A DNA stretch of 64,000 nucleotides from Octopus vulgaris (GCA_951406725.2 OX597814.1:157418001-157482000); one strand, 5' to 3'. Shown: positions 12,005-23,820, numbered from the stretch's first letter. Numbers and translations: made by a program. Notes: a model not told the origin generated them from the sequence alone.

Positions 12005-14745
12005 TAGAATATATATATGAATATATAGAACTGGCATCAACAATCTGATGTGATTCCTGTAACAGTTTACAAAGTGATTAGTGACCTAGATAAGGAAGAT
12101 ATATATGAGTCAGAGGGCGAATTGCTAAGCAATGAACAGTGGAACAAAATTATGTTGAAGAATCAATACGGGAGCAGTTTTCACAAAATGAATTGAATGA
12201 CATTTTGTTATTTTTCTTGTTTTCCTGTAATTTTACAAGTTTAATTACCGCTTCCTCTGTACTTTTCCAATCTCAATATTTAAGAATATTCTTTGTACCC
12301 GCATTTTGCATTCTAGTCAACCTTTATTTCCTGTCAACGATTCTATTGTTATAACTAATTACAAGTGAAAACATGATACTATTGTAGATATTTTACAGTT
12401 ATTTTGTATACATGGAGAAGTACAAAAGATTAATGCCATCACTTCTGTTACACTAACTAATTGTACTGAATTGAAATAATAAGGGAATTTGGACAAAAAG
12501 CTAGTGCATCCATCCTACAATGCGAAATGGCTTAAGCCTCTTCTTTAGCTAATTCAGACAACACGTATTCCGAATCTTGCAACCTATTTTCTTAAGTACG
12601 AATCACAATGTTATCGCCATTATGTGACTTGTTTATTTCAACAAAATTATGTAACTCTATAAATTCTTTAACCATATAAATGTGTCGATAATATTTTGAA
12701 TTGTGACCAATATTGCTTTGTTGTTAAATATCAACAATAATTTGTAAAGGATTATGAACATTTGATGGCAATGTGTCCATAACATGATGAATAGTACCTT
12801 CCATTGGAATAAGTATGTGAGTTGCTATGCATTTTATAACACATAGATGATGATATTTTGAATTTCTAAGGTACACATTTTATCAACTTTATAAGGCATT
12901 ATCGTTCACTTCAAAATAAATTTTATTTTACATGTATAGTTCATGTGTTAATTATGCTCAGATAGGTAGATAGATAGATCCATTGACTGTCAATATGTCA
13001 ACTAGAACTTTTAATGTATAAGCGAGAAATGCTAGGAAAAAACAGTAAAAAAATATCACTCTTTAAACACATGTATTCTCATCTGATCAGCCATCAGTTA
13101 TTGATGAAAGCCATAACAACAGCTACAAGGTCAAGTGAGGGTTTACATGTTGATACATGTTTGATTAGAAGCAATATGACGCAGAAATGTTGGTTAGGTA
13201 CAGGACAGGAATATGTAGTCTGTGGATTATGTGTCTTTGGTCACAATGATGCATGCAAGGGATGCTTTTACTTACGCACATGTTCCTACATGTTCCTAGT
13301 CTCTCTGCCAATATTCGGGGTTTTCCCTGCTACTTTTAACCAATAACCATAGAACAGTTTTCTCTTCACTGTCTGTTGCTTTTTTCTGCTGAATGTACCA
13401 TAGATTAGTTTCTTGAGTGCACATATTATTCCTGCAGGCCTACTTCCTAAAGTTCACATAACAAAACCAGACGTAGAATAATGAAATGGAAAGAACATCT
13501 CCAGGTTTGCAAACCTGCTTCGGAAATGTTTTATATAGATAATAATGAAATAAAGCCATACATCAGTCATGTGAAGAATGTCTCTCCTACAGACTAGATG
13601 TTATACTATTTAACTACGAGGAAGATGAAAAAAACCGTTGTAGTAAAACTGCCAGAATACATACATACTTGTTCCTCTATATAAAATGAAATGATTTCTT
13701 ATTTGAGGTCAACGGCGGTATTTATAAAACCCAACTCATAGTTCGCCTTTACCTTCCAGAATAACTTTGGATGCGTTTTGAATGAAAGTGTAGAGAAAGT
13801 TTGCAATGTTCCTGGTGTAAACTTTTATTTCGAAATAATGGTGACGCCGGAAGAATATCGGACAGTCTCCGTAAATAGTTCAGGATTAATTAATTTCATC
13901 TTAATTTTGGAGAGCAGAAAGCTTCGATATTTTAAGAGAAATAAATTTGTCCTAAAGGCTCCTTCCTGTAAAACTAAACAATACGACACAATTTATGACT
14001 TTGCATGAACCAGCTTCTAAAATCCCCATAAGTGTGTATTACATTCTACAGATTATTTACCCAAAATCTAATAAACAACCGAATTTACGAACACTCCTAT
14101 AGGGTTAGACTATATTACAATGATAAACGTAAATCATTTAAAGTCTGAAGAACACATTGCACTCACCAACCACATTGCACTGCAACCACAATTTCGAACG
14201 GTATCCAATTTCTGGAATCTCGAAACTAGTTAAAATTATAATACTCATAGAATCAGAAGTATCAATCACTTTTCTATTCACACTCTCCAAGATTCTAAAT
14301 CTGAGAATCTTGAACTTTACTCACCTAGGCCTCTCAAAATCACATCTAAATTCAAACTTCAACACTCAGCCATTACACCAAACAAAAAAATGAATGTTCA
14401 CGTTTACTGATCCCCACCATCCCACCAATTAAATTCTTTTCACACAAATGAATCTATCTGCCAACGACCTAACCAATGTTTTCTATTTTATGTCCTTCCA
14501 CCTTCTCTACTAAAATTTTTGACAATCTGTACAAAGATAAAATGCTGCCTAGAAGTCGGATGTAGAGGGTTTGTAGGACACAGCGTGAGACGACTGTTGT
14601 TATCGTTAGGCCTAACTTATCGTAAAGTCAATACCACCATGACTGATATCCAATCTACAGTGGAGAAGGCTAGCCACTGGATTTGGTTAAAAAGAGACGA
14701 TGAGCGATGGCTAGAAGTATATTGAGTTCATCATAACCAGCTGAT

Positions 14746-14856
14746 CTAGCAAGCGGGGCCTCATATCAGTGAGGGGGCCGGTGCGCATTGATGCCGTCGA
14801 GAGGTAGGCCCCGAAACGGCGCGCATTCTCTCCTGATGACCCCATACACTTGCTAG
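14746..14856 (+). ncRNA. Putative permuted/pseudoknotted hammerhead-like RNA, 5' repeat copy
   Basis: GCCGU(C) pairs with the ACGGC of GAAACGGC; GAGAG pairs with CUCUC, which is directly followed by CUGAUGA; outer stem CUAGCAAG/CUUGCUAG. Confidence 0.55.
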
Positions 14857-14970
14857 CTTCCGATATACGGAGCTTTTAACTGGTAGCACTTGCATGTGCA
14901 AGTTGTTTGCAAGATATCTAAGACCTTGTGGTAGGTAACCACTGACAAACCGGAAAGACGGTTAGGCATC

Positions 14971-17900
14971 TTGGAAAGACATGAGGACTGCTCGGAAAGA
15001 CCAGCGGACAATAGGAAAGACTATCGACACCAGGAAAGACTGGCGGAGGCTACGGACTTACGATCCTCGCCTCTGTATTTTATTGTAACAGACATAACAG
15101 GAAAAGACAGCCCCATGATTGACCGAGAGGGGGGAGTCGAGAATCAATCAAACCCAGTCAGCACGGAAACGACCTTTGAAACGAACATGATTATTCATTC
15201 GAACAGCGGACGAAATGCAAACAACTTTGGATGCAAGCTGTGCTATAGAACCTTTGCAACTGAGAGAGGCTTGAAGATACATCAGGGAAAGACTTGTGAG
15301 AAGAGGACAGAGCAGTGTGGATCGTCAGATCGTAAAACACGTGGCAAATCATCCCCGGACTCAAACCACAGCGGATCGATAAATGCTACAGCACAGAACT
15401 CTTCACGTGAAGAAACTACAAGTCATGAAACTGGTGCATCGGATAATACTCAGAGGAAACCGAGGGTTTTGTGGCCTGCTGCTAATGAGAAAGTGAAATA
15501 TAAAGAGTTTGAAAACAAGGTTTGTCGGACTCTTTATAAAATGACAGGCTCTACAGTGGAAAAACTGGGAAAATTATCAAGCTCAATATACGATGTAGCA
15601 AGAGATTTATTTGGAATAAAAGAGAATATCCGACTAGAGAAAGGAAAGTGTGGACCAAGCAGGAGGATCAGAAAAATGCAGCAGTTGAGGAAGGAAAAGT
15701 CCGACTTAAGAAAGAGATGGAGATGTGCTGCACTAGATGAGAAACCTGGCCTTGCGTTGCTGTATAACGATTTGAAGAGGAAATGTCGTTATGTGCAACG
15801 ACATATTCGCCGATATGAGCGTCGAAAAGAAAGTAAAAGGACTCGAGGGCAGTTTCTGAAGGACCCGTACGGGTTTACTAAGAAGCTGTTCACTGAGCCG
15901 AAGAGTGGTACTTTATCGTGCACTAAAGAAGAATTGGATGCTCATATCAAGGAAACCTACAGCGATCCGCACCGTAATCAGCCGCTGCCATCTCTACATG
16001 GGCTAAATCATCTCTCAGGACCTGATATCGAATTCCAGATTGGGGACATCAGGGAGAGAGAGGTGAATGACTTCATAAGAAAAGCTAGAGCGAAGAGTGC
16101 CCCAGGAGGTGATGGCGTCTCATATAAAGTCTACAAATACTGCAATCGTCTGCGAAAGAAGCTCTTCGTCCTAATCCGACAACTGTGGCGCGAGGAGACT
16201 ATAGTAGAGGATTGGTGTAAGGCAGAAGGTATATACCTGCCGAAAGAGGCCAATGCAAAGACCATAAAACAGTTTAGGCCGATATCCTTATTGAATGTGG
16301 AAGGCAAGATCTTTATGGGAATTCTGTCGAGGAGAACAGTGACATATTTACAGAGTAACGGATATGTTGATGAATCTGTTCAAAAGGCCGGAATCCCCGG
16401 GATCCCTGGATGCGTTGAACACTGTTTTTCGATTTGGAAAGCGATTCAGGATGCCAAACAGAACAAGAAAAGTCTGAACGTGGTATGGCTCGACCTAGCT
16501 AACGCGTATGGTTCAGTGCCACACAAATTACTAATAACAGCCATGGACCACTTCCACATTCCTGACAAAGTGATCAAAATAATGAGGATGTACTATGAAA
16601 GTTTCGAAATGAGGTTTACAACTGGAAGTTTTACAACAAATTGGCACCGATTGGAGGTTGGCATTGCTGCTGGCTGTACAATATCTGTCACGTGGTTTAT
16701 CTTAGTCATGGAGTTGATTTTGAAAGGTGTAGATTTTTCGGAACAAATCGCCCATGTACAATCGCTTAAGAAAGCCTTCATGGATGACGTGACACTTCTA
16801 GCTACAGATAAACAAATCATGCAGAATGCCCTTTTGAGATTAGACGAACGTGTAAGGTGGTCAAGGATGCGATTTAGAGCAAAAAAGTCGCGTAGTGTGA
16901 CATTTGTTAAGGGAGTGCAGAAAGAATTTAAATTTCGAATATCGGAAGAAAGCATTCCAACAGTCAAGGAAGAGCCCGTCAAGAGCTTGGGACGAGTATA
17001 CGCTGGAACATTGTCAGATAGAAGTCGTGGGATTGAAATTATGAAACAGGCCGAGGCTGGGTTATCAGCGATTGATGTTTCGAAGTTACCAGGTAAATAT
17101 AAAATTTGGTGCTTGCAGTTCGGCCTGTACCCGCGACTTGCGTGGCCACTTTTAATATACGAAGTAGCATTGTCACGAGTTGAAAAGATCGAACAAAAAT
17201 GTAATGTGTTCATTAGAAAGTGGCTAGGTCTACCTCGTATGTTGAACAGCTCAGCTCTTTATCGTAAAAGAGGTTCGTTGCAGTTACCAATAGCATCAAT
17301 AGTCGAAATATATAAGTTGGGGAAGATACGGACGGTCATGATGCTGAGAGAATCGAAGGATATGGAAATCAGGCGTAACCCACCAGAGGTGAAAACAGCC
17401 AGGAAGTGGAAAGCAGAAGCAGAAACTGACAACATCTTGTCTTCTCTTACACACAGAGATATGGTGGGAGCAACGCAGAACCATCGGAAAGGATTTGGTT
17501 TTGGCGCGGATCAGTTCAGACCGTTTGCAAGCATGATGCCGTGTGAACGCAGATCTGTTGTTAGCAACAGCGTCAAAACAAGAGAAGCAGAGAGAAGAGA
17601 GCTTCATTTGATCCGATGTGTTCATCAAGGTCAGATGACGAGATGGGAAGAACATGTTGTTGAGAGGAAGATAAGTTGGGATGAGATGTGGAAGTGGACA
17701 ACATCTCGGCTGAGTTTCCTGATTCGTTCATCTTATGATGTTTTGCCATCACCTACGAATCTAGTAAGATGGAACGTCTTAGAGAATGACGTCTGCAAAT
17801 GTGGAAAAGTCGGTACACTAAAACATATTCTTTCCAACTGTTCGTTAGCATTGAACAGGTACACATGGAGGCACAACTTGGTCCTTAAGGTTATCTTCAA

Positions 17901-18462
17901 TGCTATAAAGAATCAAATTCATCTCAACAACACTGAGGAAAAATCGTTAAAAGTACCATCAAGAGAGTTCATTACCTTCGTGCGACCAGGTCAGCAGATC
18001 CGTTTCAAGAAGAAGACCAAGAAACTTCATGAGAAAAATGAAAAGTGGAACGACTATTGGGAGGTAACTGCAGATTTACCTGGGTGCCAGGTTTTCTTTC
18101 CCATCCCAGTTTCGAAAAAACCAGATATTTTGATGTGGTATGAAAGAAAGAAAGTTTTAAATATAGTCGAGCTAACGGTTCCTCACGAAGATAATATGGA
18201 CGCCGCTCGAGCTCGAAAATTAAACCGTTATGAAAACCTCCTCGAGGAATATGAAGACGCAGGCTGGAAAGCGGAACATTTTCCTATCGAAGTCGGATGT
18301 AGAGGGTTTGTAGGACACAGCGTGAGACGACTGTTGTTATCGTTAGGCCTAACTCATCGTAAAGTCAATACCACCATGACTGATATCCAATCTACAGTGG
18401 AGAAGGCTAGCCACTGGATTTGGTTAAAAAGAGACGATGAGCGATGGCTAGAAGTATATTGA
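14971..18462 (+). CDS. Zinc finger-RT-CCHC knuckle-restriction-like endonuclease protein (first ATG at 15115)
   Basis: Motifs CKLCYRTFATERGLKIHQGKTC; KSAPGGDG; FRPISLLN; WLDLANAYGSV; AFMDD; CKCGKVGTLKHILSNC; YTWRHN; KPDI...VELTVP..EDN...K..RY; EVGCRGF. The open frame is 1163 aa long. Confidence 0.95.
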   Translation: MERHEDCSERPADNRKDYRHQERLAEATDLRSSPLYFIVTDITGKDSPMIDREGGVENQSNPVSTETTFETNMIIHSNSGRNANNFGCKLCYRTFATERGLKIHQGKTCEKRTEQCGSSDRKTRGKSSPDSNHSGSINATAQNSSREETTSHETGASDNTQRKPRVLWPAANEKVKYKEFENKVCRTLYKMTGSTVEKLGKLSSSIYDVARDLFGIKENIRLEKGKCGPSRRIRKMQQLRKEKSDLRKRWRCAALDEKPGLALLYNDLKRKCRYVQRHIRRYERRKESKRTRGQFLKDPYGFTKKLFTEPKSGTLSCTKEELDAHIKETYSDPHRNQPLPSLHGLNHLSGPDIEFQIGDIREREVNDFIRKARAKSAPGGDGVSYKVYKYCNRLRKKLFVLIRQLWREETIVEDWCKAEGIYLPKEANAKTIKQFRPISLLNVEGKIFMGILSRRTVTYLQSNGYVDESVQKAGIPGIPGCVEHCFSIWKAIQDAKQNKKSLNVVWLDLANAYGSVPHKLLITAMDHFHIPDKVIKIMRMYYESFEMRFTTGSFTTNWHRLEVGIAAGCTISVTWFILVMELILKGVDFSEQIAHVQSLKKAFMDDVTLLATDKQIMQNALLRLDERVRWSRMRFRAKKSRSVTFVKGVQKEFKFRISEESIPTVKEEPVKSLGRVYAGTLSDRSRGIEIMKQAEAGLSAIDVSKLPGKYKIWCLQFGLYPRLAWPLLIYEVALSRVEKIEQKCNVFIRKWLGLPRMLNSSALYRKRGSLQLPIASIVEIYKLGKIRTVMMLRESKDMEIRRNPPEVKTARKWKAEAETDNILSSLTHRDMVGATQNHRKGFGFGADQFRPFASMMPCERRSVVSNSVKTREAERRELHLIRCVHQGQMTRWEEHVVERKISWDEMWKWTTSRLSFLIRSSYDVLPSPTNLVRWNVLENDVCKCGKVGTLKHILSNCSLALNRYTWRHNLVLKVIFNAIKNQIHLNNTEEKSLKVPSREFITFVRPGQQIRFKKKTKKLHEKNEKWNDYWEVTADLPGCQVFFPIPVSKKPDILMWYERKKVLNIVELTVPHEDNMDAARARKLNRYENLLEEYEDAGWKAEHFPIEVGCRGFVGHSVRRLLLSLGLTHRKVNTTMTDIQSTVEKASHWIWLKRDDERWLEVY

Positions 18463-18482
18463 GTTCATCATAACCAGCTGAT

Positions 18483-18594
18483 CTAGCAAGCGGGGCCTCA
18501 TATCAGTGAGGGGGGCCGGTGCGCATTGATGCCGTCGAGAGGTAGGCCCCGAAACGGCGCGCATTCTCTCCTGATGACCCCATACACTTGCTAG
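18483..18594 (+). ncRNA. Putative permuted/pseudoknotted hammerhead-like RNA, 3' UTR copy
   Basis: Same motif about 20 nt after the stop codon; predicted GUC at 18534-18536. Confidence 0.55.
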
Positions 18595-20305
18595 CTTCCG
18601 ATATACGGAGCTTTTAACTGGTAGCACTTGCATGTGCAAGTTGTTTGCAAGATAACTATCAGGCTAAATTCACAAACATCACATTTCCAGGTCTTGCCAT
18701 TTTTCAGATAGATTATTACAGGTGTCCGTTTTCTCACGCAATCTTTTAACTTATACATGCACAATTCAGGGATATTTCACAAAGATTTACAGATGAAACT
18801 TCATATGCAGATTGATTCACATTAATACTGTTCATCATTCTTCAGAAAATGCTGCACAACTGTTCTAACCTTGCTTAAATTACTTAGAAAAATAAAATCA
18901 TAAAATAAAATATAAAGTAGCACCTACCAAATGCACTAATTCCTTTTTTACCAGCAATACTAAAAATCATCATCACCTACGGTCAGCAATTGCACTTAGC
19001 AATCTAAACATTACATAGAATCAGGGAAGATAAAATTACTGATTATATTCAACTTCGTTAGAACATTCGTAACGTACCCAGGATACATAGTAAAAAAACA
19101 AAATGGATTAGAAATATATTTACCAATTAATACGGTTGTATAACAGGAGAAACAACAGCTACGATGTAAAAATATTTCATTTGACCCGTCATGGATTACG
19201 GTAGTCCTCTCTGAGCTCCAACACTTCCACAAAAACTCACGTATTTTGCAAAGATACAGAACAGCGCTACCTGCACTATAACCAGCTGTACACAGACTGT
19301 ATTCCGAGATTCAATACACAGGGAAATAAAACATTAAAAATGAAACATTATTTGGACGTGTGTGAGACATACTTTGTTGCCGTAGAAAACTTCAGCTGCC
19401 TGTGATCCTTTTAATGCACGACAAATTACTTACAAACAACAATATATCCAACACCTCAGAGAACGTCGCGCAACAACGTTTTAAAACACTGTCTCTCACA
19501 ATCAGTTGTGCTAAACATAAAGACATATACCCTCAGAAAATATTCATAACTTTAATAGCCTTGTTAATTCCCAACAATGCGCTGAAATGCAGCCGACAAC
19601 ATTAACCGCAGATGCATAACAAGTAAAATGCTATAACGGAGTCTTCTTAGCTTGCCCACGCTGTAACCACTACTAAAATCTATAGGCTTACAGAAATAGA
19701 CCGGGCAATAGAGACATTGCAACATAGCCTGAGTGTCACCTTATTATCCATACGATTCAGCACCACATGTCGGGATGAGCAGTATAGATCTCAGCTGGAT
19801 GGAGATGAAGTACTGAAAAGATTGCTCTGTGACCTATGCTTCGGTGTTCGAGAATATTTATGCAATAACACTGCACGAACAGGGAGACCTGAGGAAAAAC
19901 AACAACAAAAACTAGAACAAAAAAAAAAGAAAACTGGAAATTATTGGATGCACTCGTTAATATCTACCGACGAGCATCTTGACAGTTGAAATTTGCTCAA
20001 TTAAGCTTTCCAACTTTTGCAGCAACCAGAAAGGAGACACCCCAAAATTTCTGGGCTTTAGGATTATTATATTTATATTTCATTCCTTAGGTTCTAGATT
20101 TCAAGAATTTGAAATTATTGATACACGTATGTGCAGATTTTGGTGAATATATAGTTTCTTTTTATTGAATCAAAGAAGAGGGGCACACATCTATTATCGG
20201 AATATTCCCCAACGCATTTTTGTAAATAACCTATAGTTTGACCAACAAAAGCCCAGACGATAGGACAACTTCAAACTAACAATTACACAATTACTGCAAA
20301 ACTTT

Positions 20306-20670
20306 AAGGCAGCGAGCTAGCAGAAACGTTATCACGATGGGCGAAATGCTTTGCGGTATTTCGTCTGTCTACGTTCTGAGTTCAAATTCTGCCAACGTCG
20401 ACTTTGCCTTTCATCCTTCGAGGTCGATAAAGTAAGTGCCAGTTACGCACTGGGATCGATATAATCGACTTAATCCGTCTGTCCCCTCTGTTTGTCCCCT
20501 CTGTGTTTAGCCCCTTGTGGGTAGTAAAAAATAGGTATTTCGTCTGTCTACGTTCTGAATTCAAATTCCGCCGACGTCGTCGTTGCCTTTCATCCTTTCG
20601 GGGTCTATAAATTAAGCACCAGTTACTCCCTTCAAATCAATTCTGGGCCTTGTGTTAGAATAGAAAAGAA
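20306..20670 (+). mobile_element. tRNA-derived SINE with an internal tandem duplication
   Basis: Head aggcagcgagctagcagaaacg..., B-box-like gagttcaaatt, and core gcctttcatcct.cg.ggtc.ataaa present twice (about 20356-20450 and 20534-20625). Confidence 0.75.
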
Positions 20671-23054
20671 CTATCGCAAAATATTATCTCAGGCACATAC
20701 GGTAGAACAGGTGCAGTTTAAAGATGTTACTTTTGTAAAATACATTATAATAGTTTCTCTCCGCTAAATAAAGTGATGGTAATAGGGATCACGACAAGGA
20801 GAATGGTAATGATGATAAGAGATGTAGAAAGATTTGAAGAAATAAAACCGGTGGCTATCCATTACAGACTGGTTGAAGAACAGCACCTACAAACTTGAAG
20901 ATGTTAACTGATGGCGACTATGATTAAAGAACACATGTGAACTACCGAGATTGTACTATTACACTTGGCTCAAAGACGCAACTAATATTTGTTCCTTATT
21001 GAATACAAACTACAAAATCTTCAAATCGCTTTTCAAAGAAATTCCTGAAATACAAAATCCTACAGAACAGCATGAAAAAATAAAGTTGGTATATTGATGT
21101 AATCATTATTACATGATAAAACACTAAAACGTTACTTTATGGTTACTCACACTCTTCTTGATTACTAAGAATAAAAGTGAACCTAGCCACATCTACAGCA
21201 TGATTCATAAATTTCATAAAATTCAAATCTTTGATCAGTTTACAAATCTCAAGCCATCAAATATCAAAGATTTCTTCTTCAGTTTGTCAGTACAAAGTGC
21301 AATTAATTGTCTATCAATATAGTTGGAGCAATCACCGTTCTCTTCCAAAGCCTTCATAAGTTTCATTTTCATATGGAGTGGTGATAGACATATTTTTTAT
21401 CTGCCAGCCAATGTCTCTTGTATTATGTGTACAGCACCTACATTTGTATTTTCCCTTAAAGTCTATTTCATTATTTTCCAATGATCTTGCTTTATTCTAT
21501 TATTCTATAAGTAGATGAAATATACACTTTAATATTTTTCAGTGCAATAGTTCAATATCTACTGGTCGACACGTAAAATATTTCTGATCATGATACGAGA
21601 CCTCATATAAGACTATTTTGACAACTTTTATATTCCTTTTTGAGAGTTACTGGGTGAACAATTAAAGTTGATGAATAACCGTTATGATTTTGCTGCAAAG
21701 CATTTTACCAGCTTGTACTGGAGTTGCCTGTTTAAAGCCATTTAAGTCCGGTATCTATTATTCTTATTTTAAGAAATCTAGGGATGTCATTGTATTAAGT
21801 CCTATATCCTGGCGGATGTAAGGAAGAAGTTCCTCCACTCTTGATCAATAAGTTATTATTTTAACTTCATGCATAAGTCATCTAGTCTGGATGTTAAGAT
21901 AAAATCATTCCTTCAACACTTCTGAGCAACTGATCGTTAAATGGGATTAAAATCATTTTGAGTGTATCCAATAATTCAAAAGCTCGAGGCAATGTTAAGA
22001 AAATGCAGTTATATTTAGACTCAGCATCCATAAAATATTCCGAATTCCTTCAAATATATTAGCAACTGAAAAATCTTTTGCATATAAACCGTTAACAATG
22101 TGACACTCTACGACAACATTAATCCAGCATTTCATTCTTACTCATAGTTTTTCTCCTTGTCCAAAGTTTTCTCTGTAATAGATGTTACGAGATGTTCTTT
22201 TAATATCAATATTTTACACCATGTATTAAATTTTATGGTGGGTACAAAAACTACAAATATATAGAGAAATATATTTGCTTCTTAGAAGATTTACGACATA
22301 CTGTCCTTCAAGGCAAAATATTTTTCTAATGTTCAAAATGACAATATTTCATCTACTTCTAACCCATCACAACAAACAATCCTTGTAGTATACATAAACA
22401 CTAAAATTACAGCTTTCTACTCAACAATTACTTTTGAAATTTTAAATCATTCTTCGGGTTTCAACCAAATTACCCACATGACATCTCTGATATACATATA
22501 GTGGCTGTCTGTTTCTTGCAGAGCTTGCATTTCTCCTACACTTGCAATACGTCTTTCCCAGTATGAGATCTTAAATGACTTCTGAGCCCTGAAAGAGGTT
22601 TCAAGGGCTGATCGAAAACGCTATAGCAATGTCTTGTTTCAGCATTGGCTACATCTGTGGTAGTGAGCAGTGGTACGTCTGCACAGTCGCGGATTTCTAG
22701 GCTAGTGGTTTGGTCAGCTGCAGTGAGTGAGACTTTTCAGTGTTACGATGTGCAAGTGTTGTTTTGTTTTTTCTCGGGTATGGTGCACGTGCTTGCTGCT
22801 TATGTTGCTCTTTCTGTTGATGTTGTTGTTGCTTTGACGTACGACACTCATCTTTTGGTACTGGTGATGTAGGCGTTGTTGTTGGTGGTGCTACTCCTGT
22901 TGTTGGCCAATTAAAAAGGGATCAAAATTGCGGTGCCCTAGCATGGCCGCAGCCTCAATGCTAAAGCATATAAAAGAATATATAAGTTCATCATAATTTA
23001 GAGTCAGATGAATATGGTACTTAAGTTAAAGGCACCAGAATTATATGGATAATA

Positions 23055-23100
<46 letters not shown>

Positions 23101-23105
<5 letters not shown>

Positions 23106-23817
23106 TGGGAAACCACTATGTGGTCACCCTTATGCACAAGGGTGTCCACATAGTGGTTTCCCTCTAAAATATATATAATACAATTTTACTGAACCCTTCA
23201 TTTTTTTTTATATGCTTGACCACTGGTGTGAAATCGATGTTAATGAAATTAATATCTAATTTCTCACTCTCATTTTAAAATTAAATTTAAATTGATACGC
23301 CCTTTAACCGGCAAGGTCCACTGCAGTAAAGTATTTTCTGCAGCATCAATTTTTCTGATAATTTAGCGCGCCAAAACGAGGACATTTGAAGTAGTAACCA
23401 CGAGTGTAATGAGTAGAACTGTTTACAAATCTGACTTTGTTCGGACGTCCTAGTAAGCAGTCCTGTAAATTATATTCATGTGGACGGTCGTACCGATGAT
23501 CTACGGACATTTATGTAAGTAATATTACGTAATATGTAAATAGTGAAACATGTGTGCGAAGAATCCATATTTTTATTGCTTTTTCTTTTGTCCTGCTTGA
23601 TTACGTTTTGGTTGTTTTGTTAAATTTTTCTCGAGAAGATTTCTTAGTGGTAAGACGAGAGCGGATCTATTTCTAGCATAAGGGTGTCCACATAGCGGTT
23701 TCCCTCTAATATGTATATAATACAATTTTGCTGAACCTTCAGTTTTTTGTTATATGCTAGACCACTAGTGTGAAATCGATGTTAATTAAATATATATCTA
23801 ATTTCTCACCCTCATTT

Positions 23818-23820
<3 letters not shown>
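23101..23820. mobile_element. Non-coding pLTR-like element: 5' foldback plus ~145-bp direct repeats
   Basis: 30-bp stem hairpin at 23102-23167; 23134-23280 is repeated at 23677-23820; flanked by (TA)n. Confidence 0.6.

Larger units (their letters stand above)
14552..18654 (+). mobile_element. RLE-type non-LTR retrotransposon (HERO-like) with 365/366-bp terminal direct repeats
   Basis: Intact ORF. 14552-14916 equals 18289-18654 except for one substitution and one G indel. Confidence 0.93.
14100..20290 (+). mobile_element. Old degenerate LINE (Jockey/I-group-like RT) interrupted by the HERO-like element; its 3' part is related to 29980-30745
   Basis: SITFLFTLSKILNLRI lies before the insertion and a frameshifted Q.SVFS..LFNLYM-like motif after it. 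19370-20290 aligns by eye with 29980-30745. Confidence 0.45.

Noticed and set aside
12400-13350. Possible piggyBac remnant (C-terminal Cys-rich VCGLCV...CKGCF)
   Set aside because: Too degenerate; no TIR/TTAA or catalytic motifs identified.
14948-15043. CRISPR-like repeat-spacer array
   Set aside because: The repeats are only 8 bp with ~12-bp spacers, the context is a eukaryotic retrotransposon, and there are no cas genes; reported instead as a hairpin array.
14552-18654. LTR retrotransposon
   Set aside because: No TG...CA ends, PBS, gag, protease or integrase; the protein is RLE-type and the repeat includes coding sequence.
20900-22500. Possible minus-strand DNA transposase relic (LIALCTD)
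   Set aside because: Only one weak motif; it cannot be assigned by eye.
22583-22630. ctgaaaga...gatcgaaa hammerhead-like string
   Set aside because: Core spacing is wrong and stems I and III are unsupported.
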